Assembly (NCBI GenBank): GCA_000934665.2
Contig: JYFJ02003168.1
Span: forward strand, 1-45,743
DNA length: 45,743 nt
Direction of reading: 5' to 3'
Source: Catajapyx aquilonaris
Lineage: Eukaryota
The notes under the pieces are model-generated. The model was not told where the DNA came from and ran no database searches. It saw nothing but the letters and a program-made list of their open reading frames with translations. Numbering within the stretch: position 1 is the first letter of the stretch; the number at the start of each line of letters is the position of its first letter. This document shows, one piece after another, positions 1 to 12,346 of the stretch. The position numbers were made by a program, and so were the translations under genes.

Positions 1-495
1 GTGAGTGAAAATGTTCTTGTTGAATGAAAATATATTTTCTTTCCGAGTGAAAATGTAATTTTTGAGTGAAAATACATCTTCACTCAAAAATTACACTTTT
101 TTTGAATGAAAATATGATTTCTTTCTGAGTGAAAATGTTCTTTTTGAGTGAAAATATATTTTCACTGAAAAAGAGTGTAATTAATAGAGGTGGCAGAATG
201 GCAGACAAGTCACTCAATGAGTGGAAATCTATTTTCATTCAAAAATAGTGACTACATCATGTACTATATTGAGTGATTTTTGTCTTTCTTCCACCTATAT
301 TGGTTCCCCTCTTTTTGAATGAGAAGTCGAGTGAAAATGTTCTTTTTGAGTGAAAATATACTTTCACTTAAAAAGAGTGGAATCAATGGAGCGGAAAAGT
401 TACTCGATATGGAGTGAAATAACCAAAGTTTAGGCGGCTCAAGTAAGTTATAACTCGCTCGAGCCAAATAAACATTGGTTACTCTCACTCAAAAT
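1..495. repeat. Degenerate array of (TTTT)GAGTGAAAAT / CACTCAAAA sub-repeats, probably part of a non-autonomous DNA transposon running off the window edge
   Basis: GAGTGAAAA recurs at 3, 45, 64, 127, 147, 329 and 348, with inverse CACTCAAAA at 81 and 486. The same motif fills the TIR-bounded element at 4102-4390. Confidence 0.6.
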
Positions 496-2599
496 GGGCT
501 GATATGGACCCAGATCACAACAGGCCGTAAATCACAGGGTGTGTCCAGGATGTTTTGCTTTCTGTTATACGTATATATTTTTTTACATCTTGATTATTGA
601 TGCATCAACAAGGGCAAGATCCGTAACGGGTTGGGCAGATTGTGCGTGTGCCCCGGAAGACCGGAGGGGGCTGCTGTTGCAACGAAAAAGGGGGGCTCGT
701 AAATCGGGCCTGCCACGCCCCCGTATAGTCAGTCCCCCACTTTATTACCTGCCCCGTGTCCGCCCAGGGGCAAGACAAGCACGGCACACTCCCACCATCC
801 CAAATTCCGGTCGACGCTTCCGGGGGACACACACTCTCTTGTTGCTTACACCTGCCCATATTTGACTCGTGATCTAGTCCTATTTGGCCCGTTGTTTGGA
901 TCAAAAGACATGCAGTACAAAGGGAGGAAAAAGCCCTACCTGCAAAATGCATTTACCGCACAAAGACTAGAAAGACGACTCGAGTGTGGTCCCATCTCTG
1001 AACACACAGATGCGTCTGCTGGTTTTAATGGAGTCCAGCTGCGGTTGGTAATGAATGACCCGGGCAAGAGGTCAGTGCGACCTCCTCCAGGAAAATGAGC
1101 TGTTTCATGAACTGAGCACAAAAGATGGGCGCAGTACAGTTACCGGGTACAACACACCCGAACAAATTCCCTGCAAGTTCCTATGGAGAGCGCCAACAAT
1201 GAAGCGTGCTGCGGAGTAATTATTATCGCCGACATTAGCCTCCCCCGGCTCGTCGAGCTTTCCCAACAAAAACCGGTCGTCGTCGCGGGTGACCACTGTC
1301 CACTGGGGTAGTTTTGAGGACATAAATCATGCTAACGAAGCGAGTCCCATTTGTCAGGCGGGGCCTGTCACAAAATGCCTCTCCGCAATTTGCTCCTGGG
1401 ATTTCTGCTGGGCCCGACTCTCACCTGGGGAGTCTCTCTCGGGACGGGGGACAAAGGAATCAGGGGGTCTCATCTTCCTTTTCTTTTTTCTTTTTTTGTA
1501 TAGTTATGGGGGTAGGGATGGGGGCGGGAGACGAGAAGGGAGGGATGGGGGTATGAGGAGACCACCCCTGCACAATTTTCAAAAATCTGTGCCCAAGTTA
1601 GATACATCCTAAAATTAATTATGTCTATACTACGTACGGTCTTATTAGGGGCCATATACCGCCAACAAAATAATGCACACTACTACATACTGATTAATGA
1701 AACTATTCTGAAAAATACAAAATGAAGAAAGGACATATCCGGATTCAACTGTACGGTATTTTTGTCATATGAATGTTTGTTAACATCGAATAAAATATGT
1801 GATTTCTACACATGTTCCTTCAGCAAGAGCAGAATATGGAAATAATCGTATAATCATTTCTTACGCCGAATATTTACAGCATGGCAATAGTGTTGCGGCG
1901 AGTTAGATCAAGGAAGAATCACCATTATCGGGCCATCCTCGCGACAATTGCACTGTGGTCCAAATGTAATTACGTTGCAATTGCTGCAGCACGAACATCA
2001 TGATGCCCATTCCGATTTGATTGCGATTATTATACCCTGGGACTGGGTGCAAATAAGTACGATCGGTGGTGGGGTACAGTTATGCGTACGCGTGTTGATG
2101 TCCCCTGAGGGTGAGGTGGGCAGGTGTGTACCAGGCAGAAGAAGGAAAAGAGGAGCAATGCGGGTCTCCTCCTCCTCCTCCTCCTCCTCCTCCCGACCAA
2201 AAGCCAGTCATCCCGACCTTGTCTGGAAGCCACACCTGCCTTGGAGAGAAATGAAGGGCCCCCGACTACAGAGAGAGAGATAAGGCGAGATAGTAGTAGG
2301 GCGAGTAGAGGAGGGCGGAAGGGAGGCGCGTGGGCGAGGCACGCGACCCGGCCGCGCCACTGCCGCTTCCACCCTGCGCCGCCAGGGGCCACGCGCCCAC
2401 CTCTAGAAAGGATAAGCCCCAGCTTTGTTCTCTGACACTGTCTCGCTGCCTGATTGTTTATCAGTCATCGGAGCATCATTATGTACACAAGCTGCAGGAA
2501 AATGTGTCAAGTGACGTGCGGGAATGTTTGCACACGCAGTAAGCCGCGGATTAGACATATGATGCTACTAGCTGTTTCTGAACAAATGAGGAACATTTT

Positions 2600-3060
2600 T
2601 TGACTTTTTCCCCATCTAAAAAAACGGCTGTCTGCCCGTCTGTGGACAGGTATCAGGACCTAAACCGCAATAGATTGCGACAAACTGTTTTCGGATTCGG
2701 ATTCAGCGGTCCCTATAAGTATGCTTCCTGGCCAACTTCCGGTTTTCCGGGTTCACTCTATCCGCCAAGGTCGAGTCTACACCGTATAAATTGTCTTGGA
2801 CGACAGGAAATGAGACTGACAACATTCCATGCCATTGTTGTCCAGCAGTAAGAATCGCATCTTGTATCCAATGTATCGTATCAACAAGTTGTCAGTCTCA
2901 TGCGAGCGTGATTCGAGTAGATTTTTTTTCTCATTGGGCAGTGGGAAATGAGAACTTGTTGATACGACAATATGCAATAAGATGGACAACAACGACATAG
3001 AATGTTGTCAGTATCATTTCCCACTGCCCAATGAGAAAAAAAGTCTACTCGAATCGCGCT
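2600..3060. mobile_element. Dispersed repeat (MITE-like) with an internal fold-back rearrangement; second copy inverted at ~33640-33935
   Basis: 2736-2781 acttccggttttccgggttcactctatccgccaaggtcgagtctaca is nearly the reverse complement of 33740-33787. Internal inverted repeats at 2905-2951 / 3014-3060 and 2806-2890 / 2953-3021. Confidence 0.7.
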
Positions 3061-4101
3061 GGCTTGGTTTGTCAATCTATAAGTGTGTAGTTTGGCAAAG
3101 TGTCCAGCTGTAAAAACCTGCAGTCCTGTTGAGTGCTGCGAAAGGAGAGCGCATTCCTCTAGGTCACGTGCATCAGGCAGCGGTTCTGCCCCGGGGCCAC
3201 CTTTTTTCCATCATGCTAGGGCCGATCGAGAGAGCCACGCGCCAGCTGAACCTTGGCCAGCCAAAGTCAGATAGAAGGAGGTGATGGGGTGGATGGGGGG
3301 GCAAAACTTGGCAAAAACTAGTCTCCCCAGAAGTGGCCCTCGCTGCCAATTAGACCTCACGGCTCTTCATTACCACTCGCTTTTCTCTCTCTATTCTTCC
3401 AACGCTTGTTTTTCAGGTGGGGGAGGGCGAGACAGACCTTTGTTCGAGTGTGTGTGTGTCCTCTATTCGAAATCATTTTTGTAGGACCCCGCATTGGGGG
3501 TCGAGACTCGGATGTGACGTCACGGAAGCGGGACACCTGGCGTTTTCGGTGGGTGGGTCCAGGGTTTTTATTCCGTTATCTGGAGAGGGGGGGAATTTAG
3601 CACCTGTCCGCCCAAGTGTGTTCCTGCAGATCAAGATCTGGGGGAAAAGAGATTTCTTTTTTTGTTTTATTGCAAGTTGGAGTGGAAAGGGGGGGGGGGG
3701 GGTTCAGGGATAGAGGTCCTCGTGACGTCAGTCGAGTCGGGCTTGTTTTTTTGGTCAGTTGTAAGCGCGTGCCACAAGGTTGGCACGCGGAGGACCTTCA
3801 TGTCATGTTCCATCACGGAGGTTTCGACGGCGATGAAATAGAGAGGTTCTGTCAGTCGTAAAATGAGTTTGACACCTCTTGACCCTCGTGTCACGTTGGA
3901 CAGCCTCGTGACATTTCCTTTAAATTTTTATTTCTATAGTTGCATATATATCTTACATGGAGTGGAGCAGTAAGACATACTCCTGGCAAAACTGGGTTGG
4001 CGCCACATACCCTGAGAGGATTGTGGGAAGAGTTGCAGGGATCGAGATACATCCTTCAATATGCCATTTAAAAATGTCCCACCATGGAAATCTTAACCGC
4101 T

Positions 4102-4390
4102 CTAAAAAAATTCGAGTATTTTCCCACTCGTTTTGAGTGATTTTCACTATTTCTTCCACCTGACTTGAACCCCACTCGTTTTGAGTGAAAAATATTCAGT
4201 GACTTTTAACTCAGAGTAATTATTTCACTCACTGAAAGAGCAGGAGTCTATCACTTATTTTCACTCTTCTTTCGAGTAATGTTCCACTCCATTTGAGTTA
4301 AAGTAAATCTTTGAGGAGGGAAATTCAATCAAAAAAGAGCATTTTGCGAAACTGCTCCTTTTTTGAGTGTTTTCACTCGATTTTTTTTAG
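4102..4390. mobile_element. MITE-like element with GAGTGAAAA sub-repeats
   Basis: Terminal inverted repeats ctaaaaaaattcgagt (4102-4117) / actcgattttttttag (4375-4390), 15/16 match. The interior is made of the same GAGTG/CACTC motifs as 1-495. Confidence 0.6.
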
Positions 4391-6602
4391 CCAGTACAGG
4401 GTGAGACTATACATTTCGTTCCGTTATTGTATTTCCATATCTTTATGTCTCGGATAGTACAGAATCTGTACATGACTGAGTACGGTTGTCAATTTCCTTG
4501 TTGCAGTCCATCACTTGATGGTTGCATGTCCCTTTTCCCCCCATATCGGCAGTGTAGGGGTCTACGAGTAATTTTATGGCGGGAGATGGGGGATGGGGTG
4601 GTGGAAAAATAAAATAAAAAAAATAAGAAGGCGGGAGGGCGCGTGTTGCTTCCTCGTGAAAGTAAAGTGTCTCACCTTCGGACTGGGAGTGAGTGTGTGT
4701 GTGTGGATAGTTGGCCTGGCAGGTTCTCCCTCCTCCACCTCCCTCTTCCCCCCCCCCTCCCCCCCTCCCCCCCTCGAAGGCCGATCCGACCTCTTTTGCA
4801 CCTGCTGCTGGCAATAAGCAAGAAAGCAAGCCCGGCACGCGACCCTCGACGTGTGTACGTGATGCGTACCTAGGCTGGCAGGCACGTGACCTGACACACT
4901 AACTACTACCTGCCTCTCATTCCTCTGCTGCTGCCACACAACAACAGACACACACTCGCCCACACTATACACTATGTCTGATATTTAGTCAATGCCAAGG
5001 CATGTATTATCAGATATATCCGAATTGTTATGCCGACCGGTTGCTTTCATTCCGAGCGTGCGCGGAATATACGCGGACTCTATAGCCCCCCGGATTACAT
5101 GATTGGTGATACACCTGCTGTGGTCAACCAAGTTTCAATAATAGCCAGAGTTTATTTCGAGAAGTCAATTCAAATGAACGTATAATTTGGTCAAATGAGT
5201 CGCATGATACATCATTTATGCAGTTTTTAACTAACTTACTTCGAACCGTCACATCAGTGCCACTCTGCACTTCATTTGAAAATAAGTGGAAACGTGACAA
5301 TTCTTTCGAAATATTAGGGTCTGAAAATTGATGATTGTATTACGGCAGGATTGTCTTAACATTTCTGCAGCAGGCAAATCGTACCAGATAGTCAAAGACT
5401 GATCGTCCTGCATTTACCGGCCTTCAATAGTTTTTCTGCTTAGATATTATAATTTCCCTTCAATTGACAAGTACACCCTCCTCCTACGTGAGTCTTTCCG
5501 ACCAGTGCATGACCAGGTGCCAGCTCACGTCACATAGACGCTACCGGAGTTGGGCCCAGCCAAGGGCATGTGTGATCAGCGTGATTAGTGTACGCGAGTG
5601 GCCTACCGGTAATCTGGAAGCTTGAATAATGATCCCAATAATTACGGCAGGGCAAGGCACGCAAAAAAAAGGGAGAGAAACAAATGGTGTGGACTTGAAC
5701 TGGGGATCAAAGTCATCAAACTGGTTTCTTTTCCAATCAGTTCAAGTCCGGTTGGAAAAGAGAGAAGATACAGGAGCTAGAGGAAATTTCCAGAGAGTTC
5801 AGATGTCCGCCACTCACGGCGCAGTGGGCGGAGGAACAGGCGGCTCCATCTGACCGCGAGTACGTAAAACAAGCACGTGATGGGCAAGGATGCAACTGGT
5901 AGGCGATCAAGTATTAATTGGCAGCAATCAAGCAATCCCGAGGGGATTAAAATGCGTACGACGGATCACATTTGCATTTGACTATTTGGCAAAACTTACT
6001 ATAGAAAAACCCTCGTTTCGCTCGCCTTTTTTCCTTATTTACTGATGTGGCTCAAGTGTTATTTTTTGAAAGTAAAAGGGCGTTCCACCACTTCCAGTAG
6101 AACCATTCCCTATCGGAAGAAGCGGCAGGTAAATGTCAAGCGTGCACTTTTAGCCTTACATTTCCTCCGGTTTATTGCCCTGGTGCTTTTAAAAGGTCCA
6201 TAACCACCTTTTTAATGGCAGGCAATTAGGAGCCTGAAAATTATGCAAGAGGGCTGCGTACTTTGCTTATAGATGCATCAACAATGCCCACGATATCTAA
6301 TTATGCGTGGAAAGTATTATTTTGACTTCTGGTAACCGCAACTGGTGGATTCAGCAGTTGGGGACCCCGCACGTTTATCTATATGTATTTGTATCTGCTG
6401 AAAGATATAGGTGTGTATCCGCTGGGAAGGAGCGTTAGGTTGGTACAGCGTGCCCCTACCCCTGCCACGATTCACCTGGTAAAGGTGCCTTATTGGTGGG
6501 TAACCTCCAGACCAAATATAATTATGTAGACCATATCAGCTTCACATATTTATTACAATAGTTTTTTCGGGATTGTTACATAGTAGGCGTCGACACCGAT
6601 GA

Positions 6603-7481
6603 TTAGTAAGGTGGAGTTGTTGGAGGAGGGTAGTACTCGGTGGTGTAAACAGTAGGCCTGGTCGGGTAGGTGCTAGGTCCGGTGTTGTAGCACTTGGCGT
6701 ACAGATGAGGCACGCAGTTCTTGGGGCACTCGTACTGGTCCACCCTGTACATCTGGGTGATGTCCACGCCCCATCCGGTCAGCTTGGCCCTCAGCCTCTC
6801 CACCAGCTTGTCTGGCAGGCAGTCCCTCCTGGCCCAGATGAAGGCGAAGTGGAGGACCGTGCCGTCTCCGTGGTCCTGGCAGAAGGAAGCTGCCAGGTAC
6901 TTGGTGTAGTCCGTCTCGATGCCAGTCAGGCGGAACTCGCCTGAAAGCACAGTGGGTTAGAAGAAAATGGAAACGTCTAAATGCTCTCACCATTTGAGCC
7001 TCGGTCGCACGACCAGTCTAGTCGTGCGACCGAGGTTCAAATGACGTAAACAGGTCTTAAAATGCCAAACATACATCCGCGGATGATGGCAAAAGCGTTG
7101 GTAGGATCTGGAAGCTCGCATGCGATGGCGGTGGACAACCTATGGAAGCAGATTCCGTCGTAGTTGACTCCGGTACCGTTGGCCTGAATGGAGTGTGGAC
7201 CCAGCTGCACCACTCGCTCTCTCAGACAACGTCCCTTGTCCTGCTGGTTCGGGCTCAGGAAGTCGATCACGTACCAGTCACCAGTGATCTAGATCGGACA
7301 AAAAAAATATTAATATTGGAGAAACTATCAGTACATCTTGTATACGCTTTACCTTGGAGAGATCCAGGTTCCGGACGCCGTGCAGGGTGCCACACTGGTT
7401 GGGCTTGGTCGGAGGGTACCTGCTGGCACCGGTGCAAGCCACGGCTGCCATCACAACGATGATCCAGAGAGAGGAGGCCAT
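6603..7481 (-). CDS. Secreted lipocalin (ApoD/insect bilin-binding-like fold), Cys-rich, paralogue A
   Basis: Exons 7481-7353, 7288-7075, 6940-6603; GT-AG introns of 64 and 134 nt in matching phase. Signal peptide MASSLWIIVVMAAVAC. Lipocalin motifs LDLSKITGDWYVI (GxW), ETDYTKY (TDY) and FIWARR. AATAAA at 6549-6554. Confidence 0.9.
6991..7043. repeat. 53-bp intronic palindrome (23-bp arms, 7-nt loop), in intron 2 of lipocalin A
   Basis: catttgagcctcggtcgcacgac-cagtcta-gtcgtgcgaccgaggttcaaatg, one mismatch; a related copy lies at 11959-12015. Confidence 0.9.
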
Positions 7482-8674
7482 TCTTGCTCTTCAGTGTCGA
7501 ATGTGACTGGTTGTAGGGAAGGAAGGAGGCCTATTTATCTGGGCTCGGGTTGTGCTGAGGTCCCGGATAATTAATGTTGATTGGAGCCAAGGTAGGCAAA
7601 AAAACAAGGGTTTACGCCGCCACGATACTGGTTATAGGCTATTAAGCTGGTGTTAACTGTTCCCGGAGCTTTGATGATGGCCATTCGCAGCTATACAGGA
7701 ATTAATATTCTGCGCAGTCGGCTTTGCTTCCGCTAAATCAGTGCTTCTCAAAGTGCGGTCCTTTTATTTTTAACCACTTCGAAGTGTAGCCATTGAAATA
7801 CGTAATGTGGCAAACACTCGCATTAATTCGATATTGTTACCAAAAAAGTTTATGTAAGTTATAGAGCAAAAGCACATGTTGCCTTCCTGGAATCTGATTG
7901 GGGCTCCCAAATGTGGTGTAATGATAATTTCTACCTTCGTGAATAATCAATTTCAGTTGGGTACACACACCTCACCGAACTGCGCGTTTTTCTGTTTGTT
8001 TGTTTCTGCGAATTCACCAAGCATTAATTTGTTGATATTTTTGGCATGATAACGCCTTCAGTTCTGCGCACCTGAACGAGCCGTTGAACAACAAGATCGA
8101 CCTATGTGCAATTAAGGGGAAAATAACTTCAATAAACATTTGCGATGCATTCGAGATTACAGAATACTGTATAGTAGCTGACGCCACAATAAGCGTTGCC
8201 GGAATTGTTGATGTATTGGTGACAGTCATTGTTGCCCTTTGCACTTCGGTTCTCTTTAATGAATGGTGCGATTAACATATTAATTTCAAGAAATACATTT
8301 CAAATTACTGTATATGTAAATAATTGAGAGGTATATTTTTTATTTGTATTTCCTTCATCAGAAATTCAGAATGCATTTTTTTAAAACTGTCATTAGATGA
8401 CATGCTTTTCACATTATACTTTGACGTTGCTGAAAATAATGCTTTTGCAATGAAACGGTGAAGCTAGACAAGAAGTAAATCTTTATTTCGTATAGATTGA
8501 ATGCACGTTACAGACATTCAAATTCGAGCATCAGGGAGTTATTATACGTACATAACTTTTTACATCATTGCTAAGGCATAAAAAATGAAAAAAATCCAAC
8601 GCAGGTTACGAAGAAAGAGGCGGTGGTGAAGGCAATAATAATTCTTTCGTGCATCTCAGGGAAGCGAATAATCC

Positions 8675-10778
8675 TCATTTTGATGAATTCGTTTTGCTTG
8701 GCGGTTTGCTTTTGCTGTACATCTCTAAGGTCAGTGCAATGGCCGAAAGAGATATTCCTACGAGCCAGAGTCCAAAAACGGAGGCCAACTTTTCAAAGGT
8801 GAGGAGACTCGTCAGGTCAAAGAAGGAAGCCTCCGGATTCTCCCTCCTCTTCTTGAAGAATCTCCTGACGAAAGTGTGGTGGTTGATTCGCGATTCCATT
8901 GCATAGTACAGGCCGCTTTGGGTAAAATGCATCCAAAGGCCGTTGAAAGAGTGGTAGAAAACATTGTCCCGACTGAACCCTTGGCCGAGATAAACAAGAA
9001 CCATGGGCTCCGAAGTCAATATTGTGAGTTGTCCCGTCCCGTCCAGAAAGTAGTCTCTCTCCTGGCGGTATTGGAAATCAGATGTGATGCAAGCAAAGTC
9101 TTCCTGAAGAGTCCTCTCCAGACAGTCGTGCATGGTGGGAATTATTTCAGCGCTGTCAGATAGTTCGCGCTCTACGATCATTTCATCTGAAGCAAATCGG
9201 AATACAAGAGACGCAATGAGTAATACAATATCTGTGGTTCCCTTTTTCATGACGGACTGGTGCAATTCCTCTGTTGTCCTGGGCAAAACTTCATTCGGAG
9301 GAAACGTAATGAACGACACTAACTTTGATTTGTATGCGCAAGTAATTACCATGGAAAACCAAAAAACAAATGCAATTAAAATATTCGTGTGTATATTGGC
9401 TTCCAAAGGGCAGTCTGATTGTTCCAGCAACACCCGAAGGAGTATTTTCATCATTTCCCCCCACATTGAAATTTTTTGAAGTGTAGGGTAGAACCACCTT
9501 AATTGACAGGGACGATACGTCTTGACAATGTGCATAAAAGTGGCAGTTATGACAAGTGAAACACCGAGGCACATCCAGACAGACAGAGTGAAGGGTTTGA
9601 CAATGACATACCATTTGATGTCCATCCTCGGTGTCCTCGTGACAAATATTCCGTACGCAGTAAACAAAGGGTGAGGAATAGCTAATGCTTTCACCCAAGT
9701 GTCAGAGTAGATGATGGGCACCAGCATGGAGAGGTTACCGAACACGACGCCTCTGAGTGCCCCAGACAGGCTGCCATTCGGGTGAAAGTCCGAAACCGTG
9801 AGATCCGGGACGACGAAGGTTATGCGAACGTTCAATTGGTCTTCAGTCAGAAGGGCCAATTGCTCTTCAACCAGTACGTCTTGGTCGTGCCTTTTCTTTT
9901 CCCGAGCACTATCGGTGTCTATGTGAAACACCAGAGATCCCATTGTCATCTTCTTGCCATTCATGTTTCGAGGAGGTTCAGGAAACAGCACCTCCCTTTT
10001 CATCTCCTTCTGGTCCAAGAATGGATACTCAAAGGGTGCGTTGAGGACGTCCTCCCCCGACGAGTGGCAACAATAGCAGACGTTGTTGAGGACCTTCTTC
10101 CCAGTGGTCCTATTGAACAGGGAAAGCATCTTGAGCTTGATTCCCTGGACAGGGTCGGACAGCAGAAAGCGAGTGGCATCCTGGGTGGAGAAGAGGTGCA
10201 GGAGGAAAGGGTCATGCAGGTTCCTGACCATGAAGAGGGCAGCCGAGGTCATGACCAGGCGGGGCACCCTGTCCCCTGATCCTTCCTTGGCCAAGATGAG
10301 GTTGAATGCGCACCTTCCTCCGGGCCAGACTCCGGACCTCATCTCTGGAGGCTGCGTCCTGAAGGAGAGGAGATGCTCCCTCTTCCACACCCAGGGGTAG
10401 TCCTCCGGGTCAAATGAAGGGTCAGAGGTCGACCCATCCACCAGGGCAATCATGACTGGTCGGTCAGTCTTTCCCTCCGCCCAGGCCAGCACCCTCTCCA
10501 GGTCCCTGCTCAGGTCCGGGTGGTCCATCCCCAGGGTCAGGGAGCAATCCGGGTAGTTGGTCGAGAGGAGGTGCTTCACCAGCGATGCCAACTGGTTACT
10601 CTCGGGGTCGGAATCAGGGAGAAACTTGGCTGCCATCAGGTTCTCTCCTGCCTGCAAGTTTATCATGGACTGATTTAAGCGGTTCATCGAAAATGCATAA
10701 TTCCTTCATAATATTATCTAATATTCTTACCGATTGGAGGATGCACATCACCACGGCAGATAATGCAACAAGCAACAT
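8675..10778 (-). CDS. Divergent ionotropic receptor (IR, chemosensory iGluR-related)
   Basis: Long exon 10651-8675 carries M1 (KPFTLSVWMCLGVSLV), pore segment (LLRVLLEQS), M2/M3 (FWFSMVITCAYKSKLVSFITFP) and a final TM (LTFEKLASVFGLWLVGISLS). A short exon 10778-10731 (MLLVALSAVVMCILQS, donor GTAAGA at 10730) supplies the signal peptide, so the ORF-track ATG at 10687 is probably intronic. An alternative in-frame acceptor lies at 10670-10671. Confidence 0.88.
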
Positions 10779-11358
10779 GATGAATAGCAGTGCAGTGCTT
10801 TTCCCGTTTCAGACCAACACAAACGATCCACTGTAATATTCCTAATGGTACTTCTGTTCCCTAGAAATACCGCTGTTGGTGTGATACGTGTTGCACATAA
10901 TATTTGTACAGCTATTGAGTAACATACATATGGCTCTTAACATTTCCCCCAAATCAGCTGTGTACTTTCCTTGAGAGAATATTTCCGAATGTTTGTTTGG
11001 AAGGAGTGCGCATGTCTCTAGTAGTCTAGTGTAATGTAAGCAATAATTTACCGCCTCATATTAGTGCTACTGACCTCTTTACAGGCTGCTTTCGTCTCCA
11101 TTAAACTCTGCAAATCCTGCAGTTTTTTTAACATACAATATACTGTGAGATTATGCAGAATATTAATTACCACAGTGTCTCCCTCATTTCAAGCATATAG
11201 GAATACAATATTACGTGTAAATTTTGTTCCAGTAGATTTGGACAACTTTTGTTCCAGCAAGTATATAGAAGAGCATTCGGGACATTATTGGGTAATGTAC
11301 TGCAATTTCTTAACGACAATTTTATTTATTGGCACCAAGAGAGTATACAAGTTTTTGA

Positions 11359-12253
11359 TTAGTAGACAGGTGGAGTTGAGCCGTAGCACTTGGCGTAATT
11401 GTAAGGTATGCAGTTCTTGGGGCACTCGTACTGGTCCACCCTGTACATCTGAGTGACGTCCACGCCCCATCCCCCGAGCTTGGCCCTCAGCTTCTCGATC
11501 AGCTTGTCCGGCAAACAATCCCTTCTGGCCCAGATGAAGGCGTAGTGCCGAACCGCACCCTCACCGTGGTCCTGGCAGAAAGAAGCTGCCAGGTACTTGG
11601 AGTAATCCGTCTCGAAGCCCGTCAGCCGGTACTCGCCTGAAATCAAACGTCGTTAGGTGATGGTATCTATTATACAAATGGCCAATGATGATGGACTTAC
11701 ATCCTCGAATAATTGCAAAGGCGTTGGTAGGGGTTGGAAGCTCGCAGGCGATGGCAGTGGACATCCGATGGGAGCAGATTCCGTCGTAGTTCAGCCCAGA
11801 TGTGTTGGTTAGGATGGAGTGTGGACCCAGCTGCACCACACGCTCTCGGATGCAACGTCCCCTGTCCTCCGGGTATGGGCTCAAAAAGTCCAGCACATAC
11901 CAGTCACCAGTGATCTGAAACGTCGTGCACATTTTTTGCAATCAGACCTCAAGGGCTGACGATTTGGAGCCTCGGTCGCAAAGGCTTCTGGTCGTGCGAC
12001 CGAGGCTCAAATCGTGAGGGCATAAACTTTGTATTTTAATTACTAAACAGCAAGGTGTGTAACATTGCTAATAAAGAAGGACACAATTTACCTTAGGTAA
12101 CTCGAGGTGTTGCCCGCCGTGGAGTGTGCCGCACTTGTTCGGTAAGACGACCACAGGAGGAGGAGGAGGCTGCAGAGTCGTGTACTTGGCCCCGGAGCTG
12201 CCCGAGGTCCAAACGGCTGCAACAATGAAGAGGGCAGCCCAAAAGCACGTCAT
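11359..12253 (-). CDS. Secreted lipocalin, Cys-rich, paralogue B
   Basis: Exons 12253-12092, 11914-11701, 11636-11359; introns of 177 and 64 nt. Exon 2 is 214 nt as in paralogue A, with the same intron positions. Motifs ITGDWYVL, ETDYSKY, FIWARR. AATAAA at 11325-11330. Confidence 0.9.
11959..12015. repeat. Intronic palindrome homologous to 6991-7043, in intron 1 of lipocalin B
   Basis: acgatttggagcctcggtcgca...tgcgaccgaggctcaaatcgt. Confidence 0.85.
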
Positions 12254-12309
12254 TGTTGTTGCTGGCTGGGGGCAGTCACGGGTCGTTAACGGAGCGTGTC
12301 AAAGCAGTG

Positions 12310-12346
12310 CGAGTGAGCAGATCTGGAGGCTCGATGGGTTTTTATA
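12310..12346 (-). promoter_or_regulatory. TATA box plus Inr-like element of lipocalin B
   Basis: TATAAAAA (minus strand, 12346-12339) lies ~30 nt upstream of TCACT (12316-12312) and ~90 nt upstream of the ATG. Confidence 0.55.

Noticed and set aside
500..6500. Many short ORFs and GC-rich, CRE/E-box-containing patches
   Set aside because: No coherent exon chain or domain. Probably regulatory or intronic DNA, but no gene can be assigned.
8014..8270. Cys-containing minus-strand fragments faintly like a C-type lectin tail
   Set aside because: Splice phases are incompatible and there is no start or signal exon; unsupported.
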